From assembly GCF_035084215.1 (NCBI RefSeq), contig NC_090363.1:3844001-3908000 (forward strand): a stretch of DNA of 64,000 bases, given 5' to 3'. Shown here piece by piece: positions 49,701-60,767 of the stretch. The stretch comes from Heptranchias perlo. Taxonomy: Eukaryota. The notes beneath the pieces are model-generated. The model searched no databases. It saw only the letters and a list, made by a program, of their open reading frames with translations, and had not been told where the DNA came from. The position numbers and the translations under genes are program-made. The number at the start of each line of letters is the position of its first letter. The first letter of the stretch is position 1.

Positions 49701-50626
49701 AATCCCGTCAGTTAGGTTAAAATTGCCTCCATTTTCGACAAGCCAGTATTATTTCAGAATAGGTCATTCTCGATACAATTCTATGTTTGTTTCGATATAA
49801 CGCCCATGTGCTTGTGGTCGATATAGAGCGATTCCCAGTGCCACCGACGGTGTACGTTTTGCCGCCGACATTTGAAGAAATCGCCCTGACGGAGAGGGCA
49901 ACCCTCGTCTGCCTGGCCGCTGGCTTTTTTCCGGCAGACATTTCCTTCCGGTGGTTTGTTGACGGCAGTCCAGTGGTCTCCGGTGTCAAGAGCTACGAGG
50001 CGGTTCTAAACACAAACGGTACCTACTGTTCCAGAAGTGAGTTGATCACATCCGCCCAAGAGTGGAACCTTGGCTCTGTCTATTCTTGTGAGATCCAGCA
50101 TCTGTCAGTGCCCGATGGGATCATTCAGAGCACCAATAAAACACTTGGTAGGAAAACTCTGTTTCACTGCTTCTCCTTTTTTCTTTCACTGTTTGTTTTC
50201 AAAATGAAAATATATGTATTCTAAATGAGACAATTAAATAGATAATCATTTGACTCGATAGACAACATGTATTGATTAAGTGTTTTATTTATGTTTATAA
50301 TAGAACTTACGTTTCTCCAACCAATGATAACCCCCATCAAGCTTCAGACTGACGACGCCCGACTGCTACAAACAGTGACACTGGCCTGTTTTGTGTCGGG
50401 GTTTTACCCGGGTGATATCTACCTGACTTGGAGAGCTGAAGGGGGTGCGCGAGAGCTGGGCAGAGTGACAAACTTCCCAGTGGTGCTGGACACGACTGGG
50501 ACGTACAGTACGGTCAGTCAGATGACCATCCCCCTGTCGGACTTAGACCGCATGCTCACGTACGTGTGTGTCGTAGGACATGAGTCTCTTGCTTTTCCAA
50601 AAGAGGAACGGTTTCAAATAAGGTAA
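46749..50626 (+). CDS. Non-rearranging immunoglobulin-like gene, L-VJ-C1-C1-C1 (UrIg-like), ~458 aa; join 46749-46785, 47531-47908, 48872-49189, 49827-50147, 50304-50626
   Basis: Five exons, all phase-1 GT/AG introns, 1377 nt in frame; hydrophobic leader, V-set and three C1-set domains; no RSS, D, J or TM exon seen. Confidence 0.9.
47220..47490 (-). mobile_element. CR1/HER1-type 3' tail in the leader-V intron
   Basis: ggaggccattcggcccatc..ttccctttgaaagttactattgaatc. Confidence 0.8.
47531..47908 (+). CDS. Ig-like gene germline-complete VJ-type V-set exon
   Basis: VTLDC, ITW, RFTG, FSLTITDL..EDSARYYC and J-like G strand WSGCGVTLNV, all in one exon; ttgcag acceptor and g|gtaggt donor. Confidence 0.92.
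47985..48330 (+). mobile_element. Decayed Deu-SINE in the V-C1 intron
   Basis: gggagtgctgcattgtcggaggtgccgtc..ggtgtcctggccaacatt. Confidence 0.68.
48872..49189 (+). CDS. Ig-like gene C1-set exon 1
   Basis: LLCLAENFYPDNISISW..YSCQVSH; tttcag acceptor and g|gtaagt donor. Confidence 0.92.
49461..49730. mobile_element. Harbinger-like MITE(s) in the C1-C2 intron
   Basis: ggaggtaattttaacttttgg / ccaaaagttaaaattacc, plus a partial second copy. Confidence 0.65.
49827..50147 (+). CDS. Ig-like gene C1-set exon 2 (alternative in-phase acceptor at 49839)
   Basis: PPTVYVLPP..ATLVCLAAGFFPADISFRW..YSCEIQH; g|gtagga donor. Confidence 0.9.
50304..50626 (+). CDS. Ig-like gene C1-set exon 3
   Basis: VTLACFVSGFYPGDIYLTW..PVVLDTTGTYS..YVCVVGHESL; TAA overlaps a possible donor ag|gtaaat. 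Confidence 0.9.
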
Positions 50627-51337
50627 ATTCTTCAACTTAACGAATTTTGAAAAAATATGTTTCAGCCTTAAAAACACCACTGGTCTGGAGTTGGCTAAAT
50701 GACACCTAAGTCAACTGACAATTAGGGAATATCAATACTAGGGGCTGGGCTTTTAACCTCCACCCCTTGCTCAGCGAGAATGGTACTTGGGAGGGGTTTA
50801 AGTTTGAAAAGACTTACTCCCGACTCCAACCCACTGCAGCCCGATGATGACCTTAACTTAAAAGTCGGGAGGGGCGTCCTGCACTGTCTGCAGCCTGGCA
50901 GCAGAACCACGGCGGGAAGAGCTGACCGTCCAGGAGAGGCCAAGGTAAGTTTAAAAACATTCCTTCTTTTAGAGTTCCTTGTGGGCCAGGAATAGCAGGA
51001 GCTAACAGAAGGGAGAATCATCCCAGGGTGTAATGGCCGGCCAGTTCGATATCGCTCATTTTACACTTTTGCTCAAAGTTAAAAATGGCCCCCGTTGTCT
51101 GGCCTCCACCATGAACTGGTGTATCAACCTTGGACAGACAAAGGAACCAGAACTTCTCCATACCTCCTCTCCCAACGGACAAGGCGGGTCCCCTCACCTT
51201 AACTGAGCACATTCACGCCCCCACCTGCTCATGGAACCAAAATGGATGGCAGCCCTCAACCTGAGCTGAATCAGAAACTCCTGCCTCTTCCAATCCCTCA
51301 TCACCTCACCATAAGCCGAAATTCTACTCTCTGCAAC

Positions 51338-51989
51338 GTCCGACCCACGTGCAAAGAAACCCTCTTCTCCACCCAAACAGAGATGGAATTGGACCCTGAC
51401 CCAGTGCAGCTCCCCCCTCCCACCGAAAGGAAGACTGTCCCAGGCCCAGTGCCATCCACATTACCCATGCACTATTAACCCCCATCCCTCCCCTCCATCC
51501 CTTCTCTCCCCTTCCCTCTCCCTCAGGCACAGTCGGATGGTGGAAACTTATTACCAGACCTCACGACCTGTTAATTAATCGACAGAACCTTAAATAATGT
51601 GACCGACATAACAGTTCTTAACGGGATGCTGCTGGAACGATTTATTGTGGTCTTTGTACAACTTGAACGGATTAAAAAATCACCTCGAGATCAGCAGTGG
51701 CAGGAAAGATATAATAAGATCATAGAATCGTACAGAAGAGAAGGAGGCCATTCGACCCATCATGCCTGTACTGGCTCTTTGGAAGATTAGAATGGGCACC
51801 AGGTTGTCCTTCGAGCTGGCGCGGACACGATGGGCCGAATGGCCCCCTTCTGTGCTGTATCTTTTCTATGGTTCTGTGGTAATGTCCGACCCACGTGCAA
51901 AGAAACCCTCTTCTCCACCCAAACAGAGATGGAATTGGACCCTGACCCAGTGCAGCTGCCCCCTCCCACCGAAAGGAAGACTGTCCCAG
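51338..51989 (+). repeat. 106-bp direct duplication (51338-51443 and 51884-51989, 1 mismatch)
   Basis: gtccgacccacgtgcaaagaaaccc...ggaagactgtcccag occurs twice. Confidence 0.95.
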
Positions 51990-52530
51990 ACTGTTCCAAT
52001 TAGTCCCACTCCCCCTGCCCTTTCCCATTGTCCTGCAAATTTTTCCTTTTCAAGTATTTATCCAATTCCCTTTTGAAAGTTATTATTGAATCTGCTCCCA
52101 CCGCCCTTTCAGGCAGCGCATTCCAGATCAGAACAACTCGCTGCGTAAAAAAAAATAATTCTCTTCTACCCCCTGGCTTTTTTTTGGCAATTATCTTAAA
52201 TCTGTGTCCTCTGGTTACCGACCCTTCCGCCAGTGGAAACAATCTCTCCTTATTTATTCTATCAAAACCCCACATAGCTTTGAACACCTCAATTAAATCT
52301 CCTCTTAACCTTCCCTGCTCTAAGGAGAACAATCCCAGCTTCTCCAGTCTCTCCCCATAACTGAAGTCCCTCATCCCTGGGACCATTCTAGTAAATCTCC
52401 CCTGCACCCTCTCTAAGGCCTTGACATCCTTCCTAAAGTGCAGTGCCCAGAATTGGACACAATATTCCAGCTGAGGGTCTAACCAGTGAATTTATGAAAG
52501 TTTACCATAACTTCTTTGTGCTTAGACTCT
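51715..52530 (-). mobile_element. CR1/HER1-type 3' fragment with a composite insertion
   Basis: ORF 52000-52407 ORF2 end; tail interrupted at ~51787-51990. Confidence 0.85.
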
Positions 52531-53551
52531 TATGGGGTAAATTTTAACTGAGAGCCGGGAAGGGAGTGAGGGAGGGGGGGGGAGATTTCCGGGTGCGAAA
52601 CCCGGAAGGTAAGTGGGCGGATCGCGATGAGGCCCATCAATTTCACTTCTCCGTTTCGCACCCGGCAGCCAGCCTGATTGACAGGATGGCTGTCTGTCGG
52701 CCAGGGAGGCCTGCTGCTGGGATCATAGGCCGGGGAGAAGATCGGGGTGGAGGGGCTGGGGAGAAGATCAGGGTGGGCTGGGGAGAAGACCGGGGAGGGC
52801 CAGGGAAAAGATCGGGGTTGTGGGGGTGGGGGGGGGGCGGGGGGAGCTGATGAAGAGATCGGAGGTCATTGGAGGTCGGGTGAAGAACTGGAGGTAGGTG
52901 GGGTCCTTCATCAGAGTGGGGGGTGCATCATCGGGGAGGAGGGGTCGGCTGATCGCGGGGGTCCTGTCGGCAGGGTGAGCTTGTTGGGCCTGGATGAAGC
53001 ACTCCCGCTCCTCTGGGCCCACAAGCAGTGCAATAAAGGCCCTCTCCTCATGGATCTGGCCCTTCCCAGCTGACGTGAAAGGGAAACGATGAGAAACCCC
53101 AACAGGTAAGATTAAATTAATTTTAATTTTCCAATTTACAAACTATGAAGTACCTCAATGAGGTCTATTGCCCTTATAAGTATTGGCCTGCCATCTTTAA
53201 GTGGGAGTGGGACTTCCCGGTGTCTGCTCTCCACATGCAGACGAACCCCCCCCGGGTTAAACCCAATAGCAGGTGTGTTGGAGCTCAGATGCCACCCCAC
53301 TCTGAAAACCAAGTATTTTTACTCCCCGCCTGCCCCCCCCCACCCTGTTTTTGGGGGGGTTAAATTTACTGCGATGCCTCTATTTATAAAGCCAAGGATC
53401 CAGTATGCTTTTTATCACCTGTCAATGGATAGTTTACTGGCCATACTTATCTCAGTTCATCACGTCCAGGTAAAGACGTTCTATGTTATGAATCGAGTAC
53501 CATCAATGAGCTTGTTACGACTGCCCTGTTAAAACAATTCTTCTTTTTCAG

Positions 53552-53637
53552 CGGATTATTCCTTTGATGAAGAATCCAATGGCTTGAAATTTGCATCAAT
53601 CTTTGCCAACTGGAGTGACTTTCATATTTGCATCTGA
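53552..53637 (+). other. Candidate terminal exon of the Ig-like gene
   Basis: Strong acceptor ttcttctttttcag; AATAAA at ~53708 and ~53762; one frame ends ANWSDFHICI*. Confidence 0.35.
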
Positions 53638-55189
53638 AAATGTTGGGAGTTAACGTCTAGTCTGTTTCATTCCCCCCCCGCTCATTATAGATACCTGATG
53701 TGAAAATAATAAAAATATCTTTTCCTTTGAGATCCAATGCAATACACTACTGGAGTCTGTTAATAAAAAATAGACCATTTTAGTTTGTGAACTACTGAGC
53801 GCTAAGGAATGTGAATTAACCTTAGAGATGGTGCAAGTGTGAAATAAAATATAGAACGTCTCTGCTTAATTGTTTCCTTATAATTCTAAGCATCTCAGGA
53901 GAAGGTTGAGATGCCTTGGTGCACGGTATAAATCGAGTGTATTTATGTTATAAAGTCCCTGGATGAAATGCACTGGAGGAATTGTTTCAAAAAACTAACC
54001 AGAAAGAAGTGGAGAAGCAGGTTAATGAGCAATGGAAACTCAAACGATTTAATTTCTAAAGCAAATGACATGTGACTTTCGACCACGTCACGTCAGGATG
54101 TTAAATTTCAGTTGCTGCAGTGGAGCGGAAGGAACATAGGAACAGGAGTAGGCCATTCAGCCCCTCGAGTCTGCTCCGCCATTTGATAAGATCATGGCTG
54201 ATCTGTGATCTAACTCCATATACCTGCCTTTGGCCCATATCCCTTAATACCTTTGGTTGCCAAAAAGCTATCTATCTGACATTTAAATTTAGCAATTGAG
54301 CTGGTATCAATTGCCGTTTGCGGAAGAGAGTTCCAAACTTCTACCACCCTTTGTGTGTAGAAATGTTTTCTAATCTCGCTCCTGAAAGGTCTGGCTCTAA
54401 TTTTTAGACTGTGCCCCCTACTCCTAGACTCCCAACCTGCGATGGTTTCTATTACAGGACGGGCGATCTTTCCCATCAGAAACCCATTTCTACGCTTTGC
54501 CCAGGTGGTAGATACTCTGATTATGTCGCAGAAAATGGTCCCCTCTCTGATGTCTTCATGTCGCTGTTTCTCTCCGTGTCACTCGTCTTATAATTGCTAT
54601 TTCTCTCCTTCTCCTCTTCTGTTTCTCTCTCTTTCTGCTTCTTTCTCTTGCTTTTTCCCCTATATTTTCCCCCTTCTTTCCCTTTGGATGAGGGGGGCGC
54701 GGGGTGTAAGTGCTGTGACATGTTATAGCAGGGAAAGGAGCTGCTCATGCCTGCAGGCAACATTTTCCAGTAGGGTAGCAGGGAGAAAGCCATCCTCAGT
54801 AGCTCTCTTCCCATCCCCACCCCAATCACTTTCCTCACCTCTTGCTATCATCGCATCCCCTAAACTTTTGCCTTCACAGTACCCCTTCCTAATCCCCCCT
54901 CACTCCCATTGCTACCCATACTTTGCATTACCCACTCAACATTGCATCCTTCCCTCCTTCTATCTGCTGTCTCGCACCTTACCTTTAACTCCATCCACTC
55001 CCCTCATTCCCACTGTCTTCCCACAAGGGTTGGTGGTGAGGTGCCACAGGTCCCTTCACCCACCCTTCCTCACCTTCCATTCTCTCTATTTCCATCAAAT
55101 GGTCTTTGCATTCAAAATTTAATTTACTTGTTTAAAAAGAAAATCAAATTAGGATGAGGAAAGGCTCTCTGTCTGTCTGCCCTCTCTCT

Positions 55190-55270
55190 ATCAGTGTCAG
55201 TTTCATCAGTGTTAGTGTTAGTGTCAGTGTCAGTGTCATCAGTGTCAGTGTCAGTGTTAGTGTTAGTGTC
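55190..55270. repeat. (AGTGTY)n hexamer microsatellite
   Basis: agtgtc/agtgtt tandem units. Confidence 0.9.
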
Positions 55271-55867
55271 AGATTCTGTCCCTCTCATTCTCTGTCTGCC
55301 TTTCAGGTGTCAGAAACTAGAATGTTTACATTTTATAACAGTAGCCACTTGCATTTATATTTGTACACAAACATCAACAAAACACAAGTGAGATAATTAA
55401 AGGCTTTCTGTTTGCTTCAAAAGTCAACTTGTGTTTTTTTAAAAAAATGAACTAAATTAAGATGAAGAAAAACACTCAGTCTCTCAGCTTAATGTGCTTT
55501 CTGAAGTTTATAGAATACAAAATAAAAGTTACCTTTCAGGTGCGTAAATCATTACACTCTGTCTTTTTCTAACTTTCTCTTGTTCTGTCACAGACGTACT
55601 TGCTTATATATGCACGCAGGCACACACAGTCTTTTAAATAAAACAGTCTATGTACACGTTAGCTGAAAACCATTTTGAAATTTATCCTATTTTTTATTCA
55701 AAATATTTAAAGAAAAAAAACTGTGAGGAGATTGCTAGAAGATAAAGAAAATTATTCCATCAGTACATCTGACTGAATGGTACTATCGCATTCTAGGAAA
55801 TTAAGTATACTGCAATATGCACAGACTCCACGATTCAAATTCAGCTCACAGCATCACAGCTCTGGGC

Positions 55868-56058
55868 AGGGGGGCAATTTTAACCTAACCCACCCGTCAG
55901 GAAACAGACGGGATTGGGTGCAACGCTGGTTTTACACCTCTCCTGATTTTAGTCTCCATTGAAGTCAACGGAGAGCGATATCGGGCGGGATATAAAACCA
56001 GCGTTCCATCCGATCCTGTAGGATTCCCGTCCAGTGAGTTAGGTTAAAATCACCCCCC
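55868..56058. mobile_element. Harbinger-like MITE
   Basis: gggggcaattttaacctaac / gttaggttaaaatcaccccc; internal ccattgaagtcaacgg. Confidence 0.72.
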
Positions 56059-56479
56059 AATGAAGCCCAAACCCAGGCTTTGGGAGAAGCTATGGCCCTG
56101 AAGTTGGTGTTTGCTGGCTCTGCCTGGGTTTACCGATCAAACGCTGAAGACAGTGCTGCAATAACGGGCAGAGATAAATTGTATTAACTTACTTTCTGCG
56201 GCAAGGAGGTTTTCAGAAGACGATGGTGGTGAGCAAAATAGCAGAAGAATGAATATAATGTGGGGAAGAATGAGTTTCATGTTGAAAGGTGGCTTTCTCA
56301 TTGTGGTGTAACTTTCTGTTTTCCACAAATTAACTCAGCTGAAAAGCACTTGAAATTCTGTGGTTATGTTTCTATTTGTGAGGGCTCCCTTTACACAGAA
56401 TTAGGTAGGAACTATAAATTGGAAACAGGCCGTTTGATCCAAACAATCCTCTCCCTCGCTCCCCAGACGGATAGAATTG

Positions 56480-57160
56480 AGAAGCAGGGAAGTTAGGTTA
56501 AACTCGTATAGAACCTTGGTTAGACCGCACTTGGAGTACTGTGCAGAGTTGTGGTCTCCATATTATTAAAAGGTTATAGAGGCACTGGAGAAAGTACAAA
56601 AAAAGATTTACAAGGATGATACTAGAACTGAGAGGTTAGACTAACCAGGCTGGGGCTCTTTTCTCTAGAAATGTACCATTCTCTAGAATTCTATTACGGG
56701 GGAATGGGGCTAACTGGACTGCTGTTACAAAGAGCGGGCACAGGCTCGATGGGCTGAACGGCCTCCTTGTGCTGTAATGATTCTATGATTGTAAAAGAGA
56801 AGCCTGAGGGGTGACCTGATCGAGCTCTTTAGGATTATGGAATGGTTTTATAGGGTAGACGTAGAGATGATGTTTCCACTTGCGGGGGAGACTAAAACCA
56901 AGGTCGATAAATATAAGATAGTCACTAATAAATCCAATAGGGAATTCAGGAGAAACTTCTTCACCCAGAGAGTGGTGGGAATGTGGAGTAGTTGAGGGGA
57001 ATAGCGTAGATGCATTTAAGGAAAAACTAGATAAACACATGAGGGAGAAAGGAATAGAGAGAGATGCTAGGTTAGGTGAAGAGGGGCGGGAGGAGGCTCA
57101 TGTGGAGGATAAACCAGTTGGGTCGAATGGCCTGTTTCTGTGCTGTACATTCTACGTAAT
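56480..57160 (+). mobile_element. CR1/HER1-type 3' fragment with a nested second tail
   Basis: LVRPHLEYC and GDLIE remnants; extra tail at ~56690-56790. Confidence 0.8.
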
Positions 57161-58739
57161 TCTAACCCCCATTCCCCAAATCCCTTAATTCCCCCTTTCC
57201 TTGCCAAACAATCTAACCTGTTTTTAAATGTTGGTATTTACCCTGATTCACCACTAACTCCACAGTGCATTCCACAGCTTCACCTCCCTCTGTGTAAGAA
57301 GGTTTCTCCTGTCCTTTGTCCTGAACCTCGTACGTTACCATTGGTAACAGTCCATTTCAATCGACCCTGCCCCCCACCCCTTCCTAATTTTAAGCACCTT
57401 CGTTAAATCATCCGTAGTTTCTTAAGTTTTAACAAAACAGCCCCAATTTTTCTAGCCTCATTTGCACATGTATTTCTTCACATCAGGCAACATTCTCATT
57501 TCATACCCTCTCTATTGCCTCAATATTTTTCCTATAGTGTGCAGCCCAGTACTGCACACATCCTTCCAACTGTGATCATACTGAAGATTTTAGATAGATT
57601 CACCATTGCATCTCAACTTTTATAATCGTCACCATAAAGCCCAATATTTCATTACCTTCTTTATGGTCTTACCTCCTTGAGGTGCTGCTTTTAATGTCCT
57701 GAGAACCTGAACACCCCAAATCGCTCTGGTCTTCTGCATCTCCCAGCCTTTCCCCAATTCCAAGCATTTTTATCACTTTAATTGCTTTTTTTTAACCAAA
57801 GAAAGTATCACCTCACACTTACTGACATTAAGTTCCATCTGCCTCTTGCTTTGCCCATTCCACCATGTCAGCAATATCTCCTTACAGCTTCCACTGGTTC
57901 TCACAATTCTTTATAATGCCCACCCCAACTTTTCATAATTTTAAACAACTTTTTCAAGTTTTTTTTATATTCGTATTTCCTCATTCCAGACAACAACCTC
58001 ATTTTTACTACAAAACATAGAATTACAGAGAATTTTACAGCGCAGAAACAGGCCATTCGGCCCAACAGGTCCATGCCGGCATTTATGTTCCGTACGATCC
58101 TCCTCCCTCCCTACTTCATCTCACCCTATCAGCGTATCCTTCTATTCCTTTCTCCCTCATGTACTTATCTGGCTTCCCCTTAAAAGCATCGACAATGTCA
58201 ATCCAAATGCAAAACGAACAATAACTTGCATTTATATAGTGCCTTTAATGTAGCAAAACACTCGAGGACATGGAGGGGTTTGAACACGCGAGAAATTGAT
58301 GGTGGAAATGCAGGAACTTGTCTTCGTAAATATCACGCAATAATGCTAAATTTCTCATGCTTGCAGGAATACAGAGTTGCAATTATTGCTACAATCATCC
58401 AATAATTTAGAGAGATTTCATATTGCATCACAGGTGCTACAAAGGAAATTGACCAGATAAACCGGGCAATCATTTCGAAACTCAAATTCTTGATCCGTTG
58501 CTGGTCCACTCGGAGTTTGCAGGAGTAGTGATGCTCCCAATAGCATTTAACTTATTCCCTCTCTCAGTATCCTCAGCAATTGTTGCCATTTGATTCATAG
58601 CTTTGACGATCTGACACAAGACCTCAGGCCACCCGTTCCCAATTTGGAGACGGCAGACTGTGCTTTTTTATTTGAAGAGGTCAGTTGCGAAATTGAACTT
58701 CTTGTTGTTATCAATAAAGTGGCTCGTGACGGCTTTTTA

Positions 58740-59343
58740 AAAATTCGTTCATGGGATGTGGGCGTCACTGGTGAGGCCGGCATTTATTGCCCATCCCTAA
58801 TTGCCCTTGAGAAGGTGGTGGTGAGCCTCCTTCTTGAACCGCTGCAGTCCGTGTGGTGAAGGTTCTCCCACAGTGCTGTTAGGAAGGGAGTTCCAGGATT
58901 TTGACCCAGCGACGATGAAGGAACGGCGATATATTTCCAAGTCGGGACGGTGTGTGCCTTGGAGGGGAACGTGCAGGTGGTGTTGTTCCCATGTGCCTGC
59001 TGCTCTTGTCCTTCTAGGTGGTAGAGGTCGCGGGTTTGGGAGGTGCTGTCGAAGAAGTCTTGGCGAGTTGCTGCAATGCATCCTGTGGATGGTACACACT
59101 GCAGCCACTGTGCGCCGGTGGGGAAGGGAGTGAATGTTTAGGGTGGTGGATGGGGTGCCAATCAAGCGGGCTGCTTTGTCCTGGATGGTGTCGAGTTTCT
59201 TGAGTGTTGTTGGAGCTGCTCTCATCCAGGCAAGTGGAGAGTATTCCATCACACTCCTGACTTGTGCCTTGTAGATAGTGGAAAGGCTTTGGGGAGTCAG
59301 GAGGTGAGTCACTCGTCGCAGAATACCCAGCCTCTGACCTGCT
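58740..59343 (-). mobile_element. Family A LINE 3' fragment
   Basis: Reverse complement of 1322-1920; ORF 58797-59312. Confidence 0.9.
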
Positions 59344-60767
59344 GAAAGAGCGAAAAGGTCGCAGGTCAGCCACGCATTTCAATCGTGTTACCAGAAACAA
59401 ATTGTCACACAGCACCATCAAATCCGGCAATGGGAACGAAGATGGAAGGGGATGGGCGGGGATCGTTGTTCGTCTTGCACTGCCGCCCGAGAAGGGCAGC
59501 GGTATTTTAGTGCCTCTGCTTTACTGACCCAAGAGGATTCACATTAACCAGTTAATTCGGTGAGTTGAGGTGGGGGAGAGGTGAGGGCGTCCTTTGGGTA
59601 ACTAAATCATAAAGCCATTTTGCTTAGCGCGCTGACGAAATCTTCACCTTTGTTGGGAAAGGTTTTGGGTCATCTTGGAGTCTCCATGACTGTTGTGGGT
59701 GAGTCACTGATGGTGAAATTAGACATTGGGAGGGATTGGACATCAAGCAGGCAGAACCACCTTTGCTATAGAAAACGGCCGCTATCCAGCTCTATTTAAG
59801 TCAATGGATATGAATAAGGGATGAGCATATAACAGGCGACCGATGGGGTTCCGCCTGTTCTGGATTCCGCCTGTTTTGAGTCCCCGTCCAATGTCCAATT
59901 TCACCCCTCCCCCCCGATAACGAAAGGGGCCGCCCCATTTTACACTCTGTCCACTCTTCCGTTCCTTTGGAGTTAATGGATATGAATGTGGGCGGGGCGT
60001 TTAACGGGCGACTGATTCACCAGCGCCTGTCCTGCAAATGCCGCAGTAACTTCAGGCGAGGAGCAGCTGCGCGGTTAAACGTGGATATCCAATCGTTGCG
60101 GTCGGTGATGTACCGTTAGCTTCGCGAAGACAGCATCTCGCTGTCTGCCTCACCATCGAAATGCATTGAATGGCGTGAGGTTGCTGTATTTGCACGGTAG
60201 ATACGGGCTAAATCCGCCACAGAAAATTAGAGCGGCTCAGAAGTGACACAAGGAACCTGTCTTGGAGTCACTTAGGGTCTTCGCATATTTAATGAAGCCT
60301 GGATTAGCTGTCGGAGATTCTTTTAATGAGGTGCTAAGTGTTAATCACAGCCAATGGACCTCTCTGGCGCTGAAAATTAACTATTACAAATGTGGAATCT
60401 CATTGCTTCAGGTTTTAATTGTTGGATATTTAAAAATTTTTAAATTAAAACTTTTTTTTACTTGTCCTTTCTGACTTTTTTTCCCCTTCTCTCTTAATCA
60501 AATCTTTTTTTCCCTCTCTATTTCTCTTTCTGTACCTGAATTACCGGTGAATTCACTATTCTAACTTGCACTTCCTTCTCAGTCTTTGTGCTGTTAATGT
60601 CACAATCCTTCAATCTGACTGGTTAAGGAGATACCCAGTTGCTTGCCCTGTTCACTCAGATCCCAGATGCCCGGGAGACGGCTTCCATCTCCCACTTCCA
60701 GCAACTCGCGACACAAAGTATCATTGAGATTAAACAGGCAAGGGAAAATTTAACTTACAGTTAACTT

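Noticed and set aside
50940-50950. Strong donor aag|gtaagt after C3
   Set aside because: Lies inside MITE-like sequence with no supported upstream acceptor or meaningful peptide.
54442-55122. 226-aa ORF with hydrophobic stretches as a possible TM exon
   Set aside because: Pyrimidine-rich low-complexity DNA starting at a CR1 edge; no Ig TM (CART) motif or clear splice sites.
55154-55396. SV/VL-repeat ORFs
   Set aside because: Translation of an (AGTGTY)n microsatellite.
56217-56310. Plus-strand EDDGGEQNSRRMNIMWGRMSFMLKGGFLIVV* as an Ig TM exon
   Set aside because: The hydrophobic run is too short and interrupted by R/K.
38891-60651. Identical ~53-bp inverted match between 38891-38943 and 60599-60651 flanking the Ig-like gene
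   Set aside because: Both lie within copies of a dispersed repeat; no TSD or terminal structure suggests a composite transposon.
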